DNA from: Heptranchias perlo
Taxonomy: Eukaryota
Assembly: GCF_035084215.1 (NCBI RefSeq)
Contig: NC_090346.1
Location: 3,534,001-3,598,000, forward strand
Direction of reading: 5' to 3'
Length of the DNA stretch: 64,000 bases
Position numbers and translations under genes: made by a program. The notes beneath the pieces were generated by a model. That model did no database searches. It saw only the letters and a list, made by a program, of their open reading frames with translations, and was not told the origin of the DNA. Below, piece after piece: positions 43,101 through 52,400 of this stretch (the stretch's first letter is position 1; the number at the start of each line of letters is the position of its first letter).

Positions 43101-43425
43101 AAGTCTGCGTGGCCTAGATCAAATAACCTGGGAGTCGCCCAGTCTCAAAGCCAATCTACGGTAGTGCTCATTCCCCTAAGCCGGGTCCGGGCCCGTGTTA
43201 GGCCTCAGGCTCCAATCACTCCCAAACGCACATGGACCCAGTTGTAAACCGCCGCCGCCTGCTCTGCGTCAAAATAATAAAACCGAACCGATTTTTTCCC
43301 CCTTTACCGTCGTCGGAGATATCGTCCACGAAGTCTTCAGGGTCGCTGAAGCCTTCCTCCGGCTCTTCCAACTCTGCCACCTCATCCTCAGCCTCCCGGG
43401 CCTCGCCGTCGCTCGTTTCCATCAT
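19068..43425 (-). CDS. EIF3B: Eukaryotic translation initiation factor 3 subunit B; span of 18-exon CDS, 687 aa
   Basis: Spliced exons total 2064 nt with consistent phases; RRM ([20 protein letters not shown]) followed by WD40 beta-propeller motifs ([33 protein letters not shown]). Confidence 0.98.
20177..20285 (-). CDS. EIF3B: EIF3B exon 17
   Basis: [36 protein letters not shown]; AG/GT flanks. Confidence 0.96.
20503..20645. mobile_element. Short MITE with ~26-bp terminal inverted repeats
   Basis: tggggtaattttgactttgggtgata (20503-20528) versus tatcacccaaagtcaaaattatcccca (20619-20645), one indel. Confidence 0.75.
21328..21405 (-). CDS. EIF3B: EIF3B exon 16
   Basis: [26 protein letters not shown]; AG/GT flanks. 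Confidence 0.96.
21610..21970 (+). mobile_element. Decayed tRNA-derived SINE
   Basis: tggctcagatgg head; body shared with 47060 and 60080 copies. Confidence 0.55.
22960..23085 (-). CDS. EIF3B: EIF3B exon 15
   Basis: [42 protein letters not shown]. Confidence 0.97.
23683..23821 (-). CDS. EIF3B: EIF3B exon 14
   Basis: [47 protein letters not shown]. Confidence 0.97.
23951..24040 (+). mobile_element. DeuSINE-like 3' tail fragment
   Basis: tttcctacattacaacagt..ggctgtaaagcacttt..gcgctatataaatgcaag. Confidence 0.7.
24687..24765 (-). CDS. EIF3B: EIF3B exon 13
   Basis: [27 protein letters not shown]. Confidence 0.97.
24925..25066 (-). mobile_element. CR1 3' end; host element interrupted by the younger LINE, continues at 27179-27330
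   Basis: CR1 tail atcatagagtcatag; the sequence resumes at 27179 as tactttttaaatgcgatgagggtttctgcctccacc. Confidence 0.75.
25067..27178 (-). mobile_element. Young 5'-truncated LINE (CR1/L2 group) with an uninterrupted ~680-codon RT reading frame
   Basis: ORF 25133-27217: [47 protein letters not shown]; no endonuclease domain; AATAAA and A-rich tail at 25124-25067. Confidence 0.95.
27465..27587 (-). CDS. EIF3B: EIF3B exon 12
   Basis: [41 protein letters not shown]. Confidence 0.97.
28656..28728 (-). CDS. EIF3B: EIF3B exon 11
   Basis: [24 protein letters not shown]. Confidence 0.97.
29365..29660 (-). mobile_element. Decayed CR1 3' fragment
   Basis: tacagcacaggagaccattc..ctaatcccact..cttcaaatatttatccaattttccctt resembles the 904-1100 CR1 end. 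Confidence 0.65.
29797..30007 (-). CDS. EIF3B: EIF3B exon 10
   Basis: [70 protein letters not shown]. Confidence 0.97.
30420..30466 (-). CDS. EIF3B: EIF3B exon 9
   Basis: [16 protein letters not shown]. Confidence 0.95.
31481..31547 (-). CDS. EIF3B: EIF3B exon 8
   Basis: [22 protein letters not shown]. Confidence 0.96.
32371..32502 (-). CDS. EIF3B: EIF3B exon 7
   Basis: [44 protein letters not shown]. Confidence 0.97.
33622..33779 (-). CDS. EIF3B: EIF3B exon 6
   Basis: [53 protein letters not shown]. Confidence 0.98.
34880..35200 (-). mobile_element. Decayed tRNA-derived SINE, same family as 47060
   Basis: Reverse complement of ccaattgtagcac..agattagc..aatcagcaca..gggaccttctggtctg matches the 47060 body. 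Confidence 0.5.
35381..35509 (-). CDS. EIF3B: EIF3B exon 5
   Basis: [43 protein letters not shown]. Confidence 0.97.
36260..36317 (-). CDS. EIF3B: EIF3B exon 4
   Basis: [19 protein letters not shown]. Confidence 0.96.
36644..36763 (-). CDS. EIF3B: EIF3B exon 3
   Basis: [40 protein letters not shown] (RRM). Confidence 0.97.
37439..37631 (-). CDS. EIF3B: EIF3B exon 2
   Basis: [65 protein letters not shown]. Confidence 0.97.
38050..38462 (+). mobile_element. CR1 3' fragment
   Basis: ttcacccagagggtggtgggggtctggaactcattgcctga; tail ttctatgattctatga. Confidence 0.85.
38930..40020 (+). mobile_element. Old CR1 fragments (two adjacent pieces)
   Basis: ORF 39420-39770 ([29 protein letters not shown]) and upstream [13 protein letters not shown] remnant. 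Confidence 0.8.
40074..40176 (-). mobile_element. ~100-bp 3' tip of the young LINE family
   Basis: Nearly identical to 25067-25174. Confidence 0.85.
40425..40552 (+). mobile_element. Short Penelope-like insertion with mutated hammerhead motif
   Basis: 11-bp direct repeat cacctttgagg at 40412-40422 and 40553-40563; almost identical to the reverse complement of 49711-49842; core reads CTGTGGA instead of CTGAGGA. Confidence 0.85.
41505..41835 (+). mobile_element. DeuSINE-like element lacking its head
   Basis: Colinear with 18375-18720. Confidence 0.8.
43308..43425 (-). CDS. EIF3B: EIF3B exon 1, coding part
   Basis: [39 protein letters not shown]; donor G|GTAAAG; [10 protein letters not shown] is an eIF3b hallmark. 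Confidence 0.94.
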
Positions 43426-43445
43426 TCTCCTCTCGATCGGCGGCC

Positions 43446-43455
43446 GGAAAGAGAG
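43446..43455 (-). promoter_or_regulatory. TCT-initiator / 5'TOP-like pyrimidine tract, candidate EIF3B transcription start
   Basis: CTCTCTTTCC followed by GGCCG, about 20-30 nt upstream of the ATG; overlaps an ETS core CCGGAA on +. Confidence 0.55.
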
Positions 43456-43459
43456 CGCG

Positions 43460-43657
43460 GCGCGCACCCGCCCGCTCCGCGTCGCCGAGTATGCGTGCGC
43501 GCACCCGCCCGCTCCGCGTCTCCGAGGATGCGTGCGCGCACCCGCCCGCTCCGCGTCGCCGAGTATGCGTGCGCGCACCCGCCCGCTCCGCGTCGCCGAG
43601 TATGCGTGCGCGCACCCGCCCGCTCCGCGTCGCCGAGGATACGCGCGCGCACCCGCC
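43460..43657. repeat. GC-rich minisatellite, 37-bp unit, ~5.3 copies
   Basis: Unit gcgcgcacccgcccgctccgcgtcgccgagtatgcgt starts at 43460, 43497, 43534, 43571, 43608; partial copy at 43645. Confidence 0.95.
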
Positions 43658-43932
43658 TCGACCTCACGCCGGCTCGCCTCTTCCAAGTATTCGGAGGGGT
43701 GAATTCGTTAAGATGTAGAATAGATCAGCGAGAGATCACAATTGTTCGGTTGTGGTACGTTCACATATAGCTCTGTATCATCAACATGAACTACACCCGC
43801 TAATTCGTGGCTGAAAATTAATGTCGTTGTTAAGTGTTTGTTATGGAATTATCTGCCCCCTCCCCCTGTAGATGAATCTTTAGTCCAGTCCGAGGGCAGT
43901 CCCGGTTGCGGGTGTGGAAGCGGGCGGCGCAC

Positions 43933-44062
43933 GGACGGACGGAGTGAGTGAGTGAGGGACGGAGTGAGTGAGTGAGGGACGGAGTGAGTGAGTGAGTGAG
44001 GGACGGACGGAGTGAGGACGGAGGGAGGGAGGGAGTGAGGACGGAGGGAGGGAGGGAGGGAG
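43933..44062. repeat. Compound tetranucleotide microsatellite (GGAC/GAGT/GAGG)n
   Basis: Directly visible. Confidence 0.9.
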
Positions 44063-44234
44063 AAAGGCAATGTGACGGGGGTTCGCTGACTGACTCCATT
44101 AACTCGCTCTCCATTTCAGACAAATTAGCAATTAAAGTCCTTAAATAAAAAAAGTTCCACTTCCTCCCCACACCAGCCGTTTGGTGTTCACGACACTGGG
44201 GACAGAGGTGAAGGCCGGAGGTTTGAGGCTCCGA

Positions 44235-44316
44235 GCTGGGCGGCGGGTCACGGTGGGACCGCTGGGCGGCGGGTCGCGGCGGGTCACGGTGGGACCGCTG
44301 GGCGGCGGGTCACGGT
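44235..44316. repeat. G-rich tandem duplication, 36-bp unit x2 plus flanks
   Basis: cggcgggtcacggtgggaccgctgggcggcgggtc at 44241 and 44277. Confidence 0.9.
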
Positions 44317-44393
44317 CTGTACCGTTCAATCTCACCTCACCTCACCTCGCCATTGTTCTGTTCTGTTTTAAACCTGCCTTTAAGTTGGGGCCG

Positions 44394-44623
44394 AGGGTTG
44401 CCAACTCTGGTTGGACGTATTCCTGGAGGTTTAATCACATGACCTCCCATCGCCAAGTTAAAGAGATTTTTTTTATCCTTCGCCAGTATTTTTCTAACTA
44501 ATAAACGAAAATGAAAAATACACAATTTTAAAAAAAAATTCCCAGGTTGCTCGCAGTAGTGTCCCGGAGATGAATCTTTGCCCCAGAGTCTCCAGGAATT
44601 AATCAGGCAAGGTTGGTAACCCT
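44394..44623. mobile_element. Non-autonomous DNA transposon (hAT-like MITE)
   Basis: TIRs agggttgccaac (44394) and gttggtaaccct (ends 44623), 11/12 match; superfamily from recall. Confidence 0.65.
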
Positions 44624-44989
44624 AGAAACTCTCCTTAACATGCTTGTCAAAGGAGAGGTGTGAATTAGTTCTCCCATTGAGACACACTCGCCACACAGCA
44701 GTCATCAAAATAATACATTTTTGGTTAGATCTTATTACCTGTAACTAGTATTCACAGCTTTTTTTTTGTAATTTGCAAAATAGTAACTTTATAGAGCCTT
44801 GCTCATTTCCTAATGTTCCATTTAGATATGTAATAAAAACATTTTTGCACACTTAACTGAGACTTTAGGTCATGGTCTATATGAGATTTGTGGCAGCTGA
44901 CAGTCAGAACAAAGGTACTCTGAAACCATGGAAGTCTTACAGTTAGCCTTCCCCCATCGGTGCACTTGAGCTAAATTTGGTGCTGCATA

Positions 44990-45570
44990 ACTTTGACATT
45001 TTATTTGATCCTAAACTGAGCCTCAACCCACATCTGGCCATTGAAAAACCACATTTTTCCACCTCTAAAATATTGTTCACTTGCATCCATGCCTAACCCA
45101 TATCGCTGCTGAAACCTTATTCCATGCCTTCATCCCCTCCAGAATTGACGACTTGCTGACCTCGTTGCCTTTGCCCTTCCAAGTTTGAATTAATGGAGAA
45201 TTCTATGGCCAGTATGCTCTCCTGTGCATCTAACATCCCTGTTCTTGCCAAGCTTCAGTAACACTGACCCCCCCCCCAGCATATTCATCCTCTTCAAATA
45301 TTTGCATAGCCTCTATCCTCCCTATCTGAGCTCTATTCTCCATAGATATGCTGGGGCCTACATGCTCTGTTTCTCTGGCTCTGGATTACAGTTCATCATT
45401 CTTTGTCATTGTATTTCTGTCCTCTAAACTTCTCTGCCAAAACACTTCACCTTGCTATCTCCCTCGCTGCCTTCAAAAGCCTCCATAAAACCCATCTCCT
45501 TGATTGGAATTTTGGGCCCTTCATTCTCTCTTCCAAAGTCTCCTCCCTTTTCCTTCTTATTGCCCACCTG
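44990..45570 (+). mobile_element. Decayed L2-like LINE 3' region
   Basis: gctgctgaaaccttattccatgccttcatc..tccagaattgac resembles L2 'AETLIHAF..SRLD'; gccttcaaaagcctccataaaacccatctc resembles 'FKS.LKTHL'. Confidence 0.65.
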
Positions 45571-46286
45571 TTCATCTTGGAAATGCTTTGTTTACACTAG
45601 GAACATTCTTTCTGTGCTATACGTACTGTACACATTTTGAATGCCCTGAAATTTAAAAAAAACTATCTTTCCTGCCAAACTGTGATATGCAGTTAAAAAA
45701 TTCTGAGTGAATGCATGCATTTAGCACATTTAATTGGCAATGGTAGCCTTGGACTCACATTGAAACAAAATGCCTATGAATGTTTTAAATTTGGTTACAG
45801 ATATATTTGACTCTTAAATGTTCACTCCACCAATAGTCCTCACTGCACATTAGCCATTTTATTTGCAACTGAATAATGAATACAAGTTGTTGAACTAATA
45901 CGGGTAGGGAAAAGAAACTTGAACAAATATTAACCAAAAGATGAATTGAATGTCTGAAATAAGTATTTACTTGGATATTCAACAAAATAGGCATGAAAAA
46001 AATCATCATAGCCATTAAGAAGAAATAAATGTTTACTATCCTGAAGATGGAACTAAATCTCAATAAATTGTACTTGGTGAATTGTTTTTGAATATGAGCT
46101 TTTTGGAGCATGTAACTAATTTTGTGTGCTGTGATATTTGTGGCATATTTAAGGGTACACACCCTGTTAGTGATATTCTTGGGTAGGCATGTAGCAGATA
46201 CAGCTGGTATATTCGTATACCATCAAAAAGCATGAAGATTTACATTTTTTGTTTTTTTTCCAGAGAATTTGTCACATAGTTGGAGA

Positions 46287-46413
46287 ATGGAAAGTGAGTG
46301 TGTGGAGCTGCTGCCCCGTGTTTGTGCAGTGTTAGGAGACACCAGGCAGTCAGTTGTTGATGATACCTGTTTGGAGAAGCTGCTTGATTGTTTCCAGGCA
46401 ATAATAGAAAACG
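46287..46413 (+). CDS. BRAT1: BRAT1 first coding exon (acceptor at 46263/46264)
   Basis: MESECVELLPRVCAVLGDTRQSVVDDTCLEKLLDCFQAIIEN; donor G|GTAACT. Confidence 0.95.
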
Positions 46414-49400
46414 GTAACTATATAATCAGTTTGTTTAATATGACTAACTCAACCAGCATTGGGTATGAAATAAATTTGATTTGTATAATTTTAATGCATT
46501 TTTTGTACACATCAAGGTGAATTAGCACTGGAGAATGTTGCAGTTTCTACTTTTAAAACTATTGTCATCTATTCTGCTGGAGCAATATTTTTCAGTATTA
46601 ACTTTCAACTCCACCAATGTGAGTTGTTTTCAAGTTCCCACATCAACCATCCTTGTGGTCTTCCAAAGTGAGATTTCCAAATTGTGGACATGCACCCACT
46701 AAGAACTGGGTTGACAGCAAATTAATGCAATATCTGATCATTTTTAATGAAAGATGGTTTCTAAGATCAGCTTGTCCAGTTCACTTTTAAGTACTGTATA
46801 AGATTCTGAATTAGTAATCAGGATATTATTGCCATAGACAAGAATTTTGCTAACCAACATATTTGGACTCCCAGCAAGATGATCTGAGTTTGATGAACAG
46901 TTTCATCTGACATTCGCATTCGTCTGCCCCTAAGAGCATAGCTGCACTACTCTTTTTGGTTATCTAGGGAACATATGTGCCTCAAGCACCAATATGTCAT
47001 TATATCCATGGTGTCATAAATTGCGTCACATCACCACCAAACAGATGGCAGACTCCCCCGTTGGCACAAACTGATTTAAGGTAGAGTAGCTGAGCCATAA
47101 GACTATCGCTCGAGCTTGAACCTTGGCCTGTGCTGAGTCAGCTGATCACAGCTAGGCTAGTGCTACAATTGGCCTCAACATACATGGGTTGGGAAGAAGA
47201 AAACTGGACAGAGCTCTAACTCCTGATCATTATCCAATGATCCCTGCTGGAAAGTCCAGTTGTGGATGTTGAGCGTGCACAGAATTGGTCTTGGCTAAGA
47301 TGCCCCAGTGACCAAGTAGCCTGCTGACACTGTCTTGTAAACATGAAGAAGGGCTACTAGGCACTGGGCCAGAGGGCAACCAGTGCCCTTGAAACTGAAC
47401 CTCTGCAAAGTCAATGTCTTCAGAAGGGGAGGGAAAAAATTGGCATATGCAGTAAATAAAAAAAGCAAAGGGGGAGACAGTACATTTTAAACTGTAATGA
47501 TAAAATTAGACATTCAATCTGTATAAAATTTTACTCACTTTTGATGTTTTTCTTTTCTGGGGTCCCTTCAGAACCTGAACTGTATATTCTCCAGAAGAAT
47601 CCATGCCTGACAAATATAATTGTAAATGTGACCAAGCAGAGGGACCTTAATCCTAGCATCCTGTCCTTCATTATGAGACTGACAGGGTTATTTGCAGCAT
47701 CAGAAGAGTATTTCCATAAATTGGAGGTAAGAAGTAATCAGAAAAGAGTTAATTTTCAAGCTTTCATTTTTCTGTTTGATAAATAATTGCTCGCTTGTGA
47801 TAATCAAATATGATTGCTAATTTAAAGCTGTAATGATTCACCGTTCCCATAATTCAAACATTACGGCCAGAAAAAAATGCCTTTCTATACAAATAAAAAG
47901 AAAGAAACGACAAGAAAATGCTGGAAATCCAAAATAAAAGCAGATCCGTCAGCAAATGGAAAGAGAAAAAAGACACATTAACATTTTGGCTGTAGACCTA
48001 TTTTGGCAACGGGTTTGCACCTTAAACGTTGACCTTTTTCCTCTTTTCGCATACTGACAGACCCGCTATGTATTTGCAGCATTTTCTGTTTTTATTCTTT
48101 TTATTTTTTGTACTTTGGACATTTTGAAGTGTAATGGATGCTTTCATAACTTTTTTATTGACATGCATTATGTGTAGAGCTGTCTATGTTGAGAGTATGG
48201 TGGTACAGCAGACTGGTATTCCAGCATGCAATGCAGAAGTTTGCATCAATGTCTTGTGATTTTTTTTTAATATGACTAAAGCCACAAGTGGCAGTAGTTT
48301 TCACTAAAGTAGCACTCACTTTGTGCTGTGTTCACTAGATTTTCTGCTCCTTTGTATTAACATAAAATAAAGGAATCCACATTTGAATGGGTTACTCACC
48401 ATCTTGGGTGCCTAGTACTATCCTAGTGCCATTTTTTGTGGTGGTGAGGGAAGGAAGGAAGGGATGTTATATTCAAAAAAATCTACAGGATTTGGAAGTA
48501 ATTTAGTCAGACCCATAAGGTGAACCGGTGTTCAATTATAATTCTGTTCTCTCGGTGTGTTTGTGTGGTGAAACCAATTTTTTTTAATTTGAAGAAGGAA
48601 AATGGTGGGTGGGGAGGGCATCTATAGAATAATTGATTTTTGATTCTAATTTACTTGTCAAAAGCGATACTATAATTTCAGTGCTGCTGTTATTCCAGGG
48701 TGATGGGATTATGAGCAGCCTGTTTGGAAATCCTGCAAACCTTGGGACAGAAGCATGGGAGGAAGCAACTGTACGGTGTGGATGGCTGTTGGGGATCCAA
48801 AATATGCTGCAGCATGAGGCTGTGATCCAATTTCTCTGTAAATATGGTAATCTCTTAATCTCTCATATCTGTTTTGTAGACAAATATGCCTTCTGCCATG
48901 TGAGAATGCTAAAATATGCACACATTTTCTGTTGTAAGTATCTATTGAGATCACTGAAAAAATTCAGGTGATTGCATAGACAATCATGCAATTCTAAGAC
49001 TAACAGAAAAGATGTTTGGAGTAGTAATTCTTCGTTCTCTCCTACCATTTTGTATATGTGCAAGTTGAGGAAGCTGTCACCGCATATTTCTGCCCACCTG
49101 CAGCCTTCTGTGTTTGTCACTGAGATTGCAAGCTATTACCTATCTTGTCTTGTATGAATTCATTTGCATTAGCTGTCTCTGAATTTTCACAATGGTTAAT
49201 TACTTCTGCTTTTGCCAGTAGCTTTTAAACTTTGGATCAATCCTGTGTCATGTTTAAATCACAGAACTGCTTTAAAAAGTAGTTCTATAAAGCGTTAGTT
49301 GTTGGTTCTGTTGAATTTGCCCCATTTAAATTGTGGAACAGATTCCATGTCATTAATGGCAGTAGATTAACAAAGTTTGTGCATGTGCAGTAATGTGAAA

Positions 49401-52400
49401 GTGCCACATTACAACTTTTATTTCTAGCTGTAGGATTTTCCTTAAAGGCTGGAGAAAGTTCATAGAGGATGGCAGCAGGAAAACTGTATTCCTCCCCTGT
49501 ATGAGTGTACAGCACATTTGGCTAACTGCAACCAGGAAATGTGGTGGCTGCATTGGCACCTCTGCCTTGAGTTACTGGGCAAAGCCACCTTTTCAGGTCA
49601 ATCTTGGTGCCTGCCGGGCTGTAAGGTTGTCTCATTTACCTTCTAGTGCTGATTCCGAATTTGGGGATGCCACCAGTGGCATTACTATTAGAGGTGTCGA
49701 TGGTAGCCATGATGTGGAGATGCCGGTGATGGACTGGGGTTGACAATTGTAAACAATTTTACAACACCAAGTTATAGTCCAGCAATTTTATTTTAAATTC
49801 ACAAGCTTTCGGAGGCTACCTCCTTCCTCAGGTGAACGATGTGGAAATGAAATCCTCAAAATGAAATCGCATTTATAATTCACAGAACAATGCTTGGTGA
49901 TTACAGACAGTTTTTTCAACTGCCCGTTGCCAAGGCAATCAGTGTGCAGACAGACAGGTGTTACCTGCCAGGTCTCAGAATATACAAATCACCAAAAAAA
50001 AACAACAAACAAAAAAAAAACAGAGATAGAGAGGTTGTTTGTTGTTTTTTTTGGTGATTTGTATATTCTGAGACCTTGCAGGTAACACCTGTCTGTCTGC
50101 ACACTGATTGCCTTGGCAACGGGCAGTTGAAAAAACTGTCTGTAATCACCAAACATTGTTCTGTGAATTATAAATGCGATTTCATTTTGAGGATTTCATT
50201 TCCACAACGTTCACCTGAGGAAGGAGGTAGCCTCCGAAAGCTTGTGAATTTAAAATAAAATTGCTGGACTATAACTTGGTGTTGTAAAATTGTTTACAAT
50301 TACTATTAGACAAATACATCACTAAATTTGCTGACCCATTCCATTTACACTAAAAGCTTTCAATGCCAGTAAAATGTTACTCATAAATGCTCTTTGTATA
50401 AAAATGATCAGTACCTTTAAGATTAACATTCTGCTTTTATTTTTACTTTGCCAGAAAAATTGCTATGCTATCCTGTTTTTAATTTTGACAAAGGTTACAT
50501 TTTCTATCTCTTTTTGCCAACAGACTGTATTGACAGGATTATACAGCTTCAGAAGGACCCAAGTATATTTGTGGCCTCAACAGCTAGTCAACTTTTAGCA
50601 AACATGTTTTCTTTCTCCTTACGATGCTCTGAACTCGCTACTTTGGGAAATGGCAGTAAAATCCGATTAGCTGACACAATTGGTACAGTTACTGCTTTGC
50701 ATTCTGCTGATTGGTCAGATTGTGTCTGTGCAATTACTGGACATATTGAAGACCTCCTGAGGTGTGATATCACTTCCAACATCCAACAGGCTCTGAAACT
50801 AATATCCAAGATTTCTGGAACGTGCCATCCAGTTGCCATAGTATCACTGTGGCCTAAGATAGAAGGAAGTGTAGAGTTACTTCTGAAGGGTGATCTAACT
50901 GGAATTGGTCAGCCCTTGGCAGAGCTTTTCCTGAATGTATCCAGGTAAGAGTGGAAGAACCATTTAATGTTATTTGCCAACAAAAATCAGTCTGGTGGCA
51001 TTGGGATTAAGAGGTTTGCTTCACACCAGTATGGCAGTTTCAAGTACTTGCATTTTCTGGCAATCTGTAAGAACTAAAGGGTGATGAATTTATTACATTT
51101 CCAGTGTGGTTATTTGTTAGATGGGAAGACTGTGGAAGTGAATGTCTTATTCTAGGAGAAAAACTGCCTACAACTCTCTTGCCCTCCAAGTGCATTTCCT
51201 CAACAAAAATGAAGCAGCATTGTCACTTATATCATGCTGTGATACTACTTGGAGGTACTTATATCCACATTGAGTGTGCCTGTGTGAGATTACAATTCTC
51301 GAGCATGAGAAGTAAAGAACTAGCCGAGTAGTTGAGAGAGTTGACCAAAAGCACTCAACACAGAGTTAAGTATCTTTGACTGCTGTTCTAAATACAATAT
51401 TTTCTAAATCAACCCAAAAGAATGCGCTGTGGGAACATTTGAGAGTGCAGGTAATAGTCATGTCTCCTGTTGTTGATAATGTCTTAGAGCTGGAATGGGC
51501 ACTTTGATTGATCAACAGCATTGTAACAATTCACGGCAAGAGGAGGATGCATCCAGAAGATGGGAGTAGCCTAAGTAAAAGAATAAACAAAGAGGAGAAA
51601 ATTGGTTAATACCTGTACAAATTAAAATCCTGTAACATATAATCTACTGTTAATTCACCCTCACCTTTCCAGAATGCAAAGTAAGTTCAGTGCAATGCCA
51701 CAATACTGACTTCCCAAATGTTTAGTTTTGCTAACCAGTTTCAAAGTATGTGGTAAAACATTGAAGCTGCTGCTTAATTGCAATGGCATTTATATCCTTA
51801 TACCCTGAGAGGATGTTTTATCATTGTCAATTGTGTGATCCATGGGTGGTAGAAAACTGGCGAGTCAGACTTGCTACCCATAACAATTGGCATTGGCAAT
51901 GTCCCTGGAGATGTCTGCAGCCTGGCTGGTCCCACATTCCTGATCAAGGACAATGGCATTGATACTGAGGGGGAAGTAGAAGAAGAGACAAATATCTATG
52001 AAACTGTGTTTGTTAGAAGGACTTTTTGGAGATATGTGTGATTGTGATTTTTTTTTAAAAAACTGTAAGGAGTGAAAAAGGATTGTTTTCATTTTATCCT
52101 GCAGGACAGTTCCATGTGAGGTACTGGAGTCTAAGATCTGGGAGTTACTGGGTCGCTTATTGAGGTCACTGAATCAAACTGAAGCACTGACACTAGCTTC
52201 AGGGATCCTAAAGCTCCAGAACTGGTATGGAAGTCTGAATATTTACTTCTATTAAAAATAAATATTAGTGTAGAAAAAATAATCATGTAAGATCAGGAGC
52301 CAAAGTCCAGTAGCTGTATGACAGCTTTGTAAAATAGGTGATGTACTTGATTAGTGAAAGTACCATATGAATATATACATAGGCTGCCCCAACATATAGG

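Larger units (their letters stand above)
43190..44400. promoter_or_regulatory. CpG-island divergent promoter region between EIF3B and BRAT1
   Basis: High CpG density, GC boxes, ETS-like cacttcc at ~44158; genes diverge on either side. Confidence 0.8.
49711..50301. mobile_element. Palindromic Penelope-like insertion: ~267-bp inverted arms plus 34-bp unpaired tail
   Basis: Arms 49745-50012 and 50035-50301 differ by 3 substitutions and 1 indel; tail 49711-49744; 12-bp direct repeat attactattaga at 49681-49692 and 50299-50310. Confidence 0.9.

Noticed and set aside
43460-43657. 37-bp repeats as a CRISPR array
   Set aside because: Units are contiguous with no unique spacers, no cas genes are present, and the context is a vertebrate promoter.
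43195-43770. Several overlapping R/A/P-rich ORFs on both strands
   Set aside because: Produced by the stop-poor GC minisatellite; only 43308-43425 on the minus strand is real coding sequence.
43830-44171. S/P/L/T-rich ORFs
   Set aside because: Translation of the tetranucleotide microsatellite.
49894-50152. Twin ORFs MVITDSFFNCPLPRQ on opposite strands
   Set aside because: Mirror images created by the palindrome; no recognisable domain.
49745-50301. Palindrome as a sequencing fold-back artefact
   Set aside because: Considered unlikely: the arms differ at four positions, a flanking direct repeat exists, and the same inverted-plus-tail layout recurs at 60593. Long reads would settle it.
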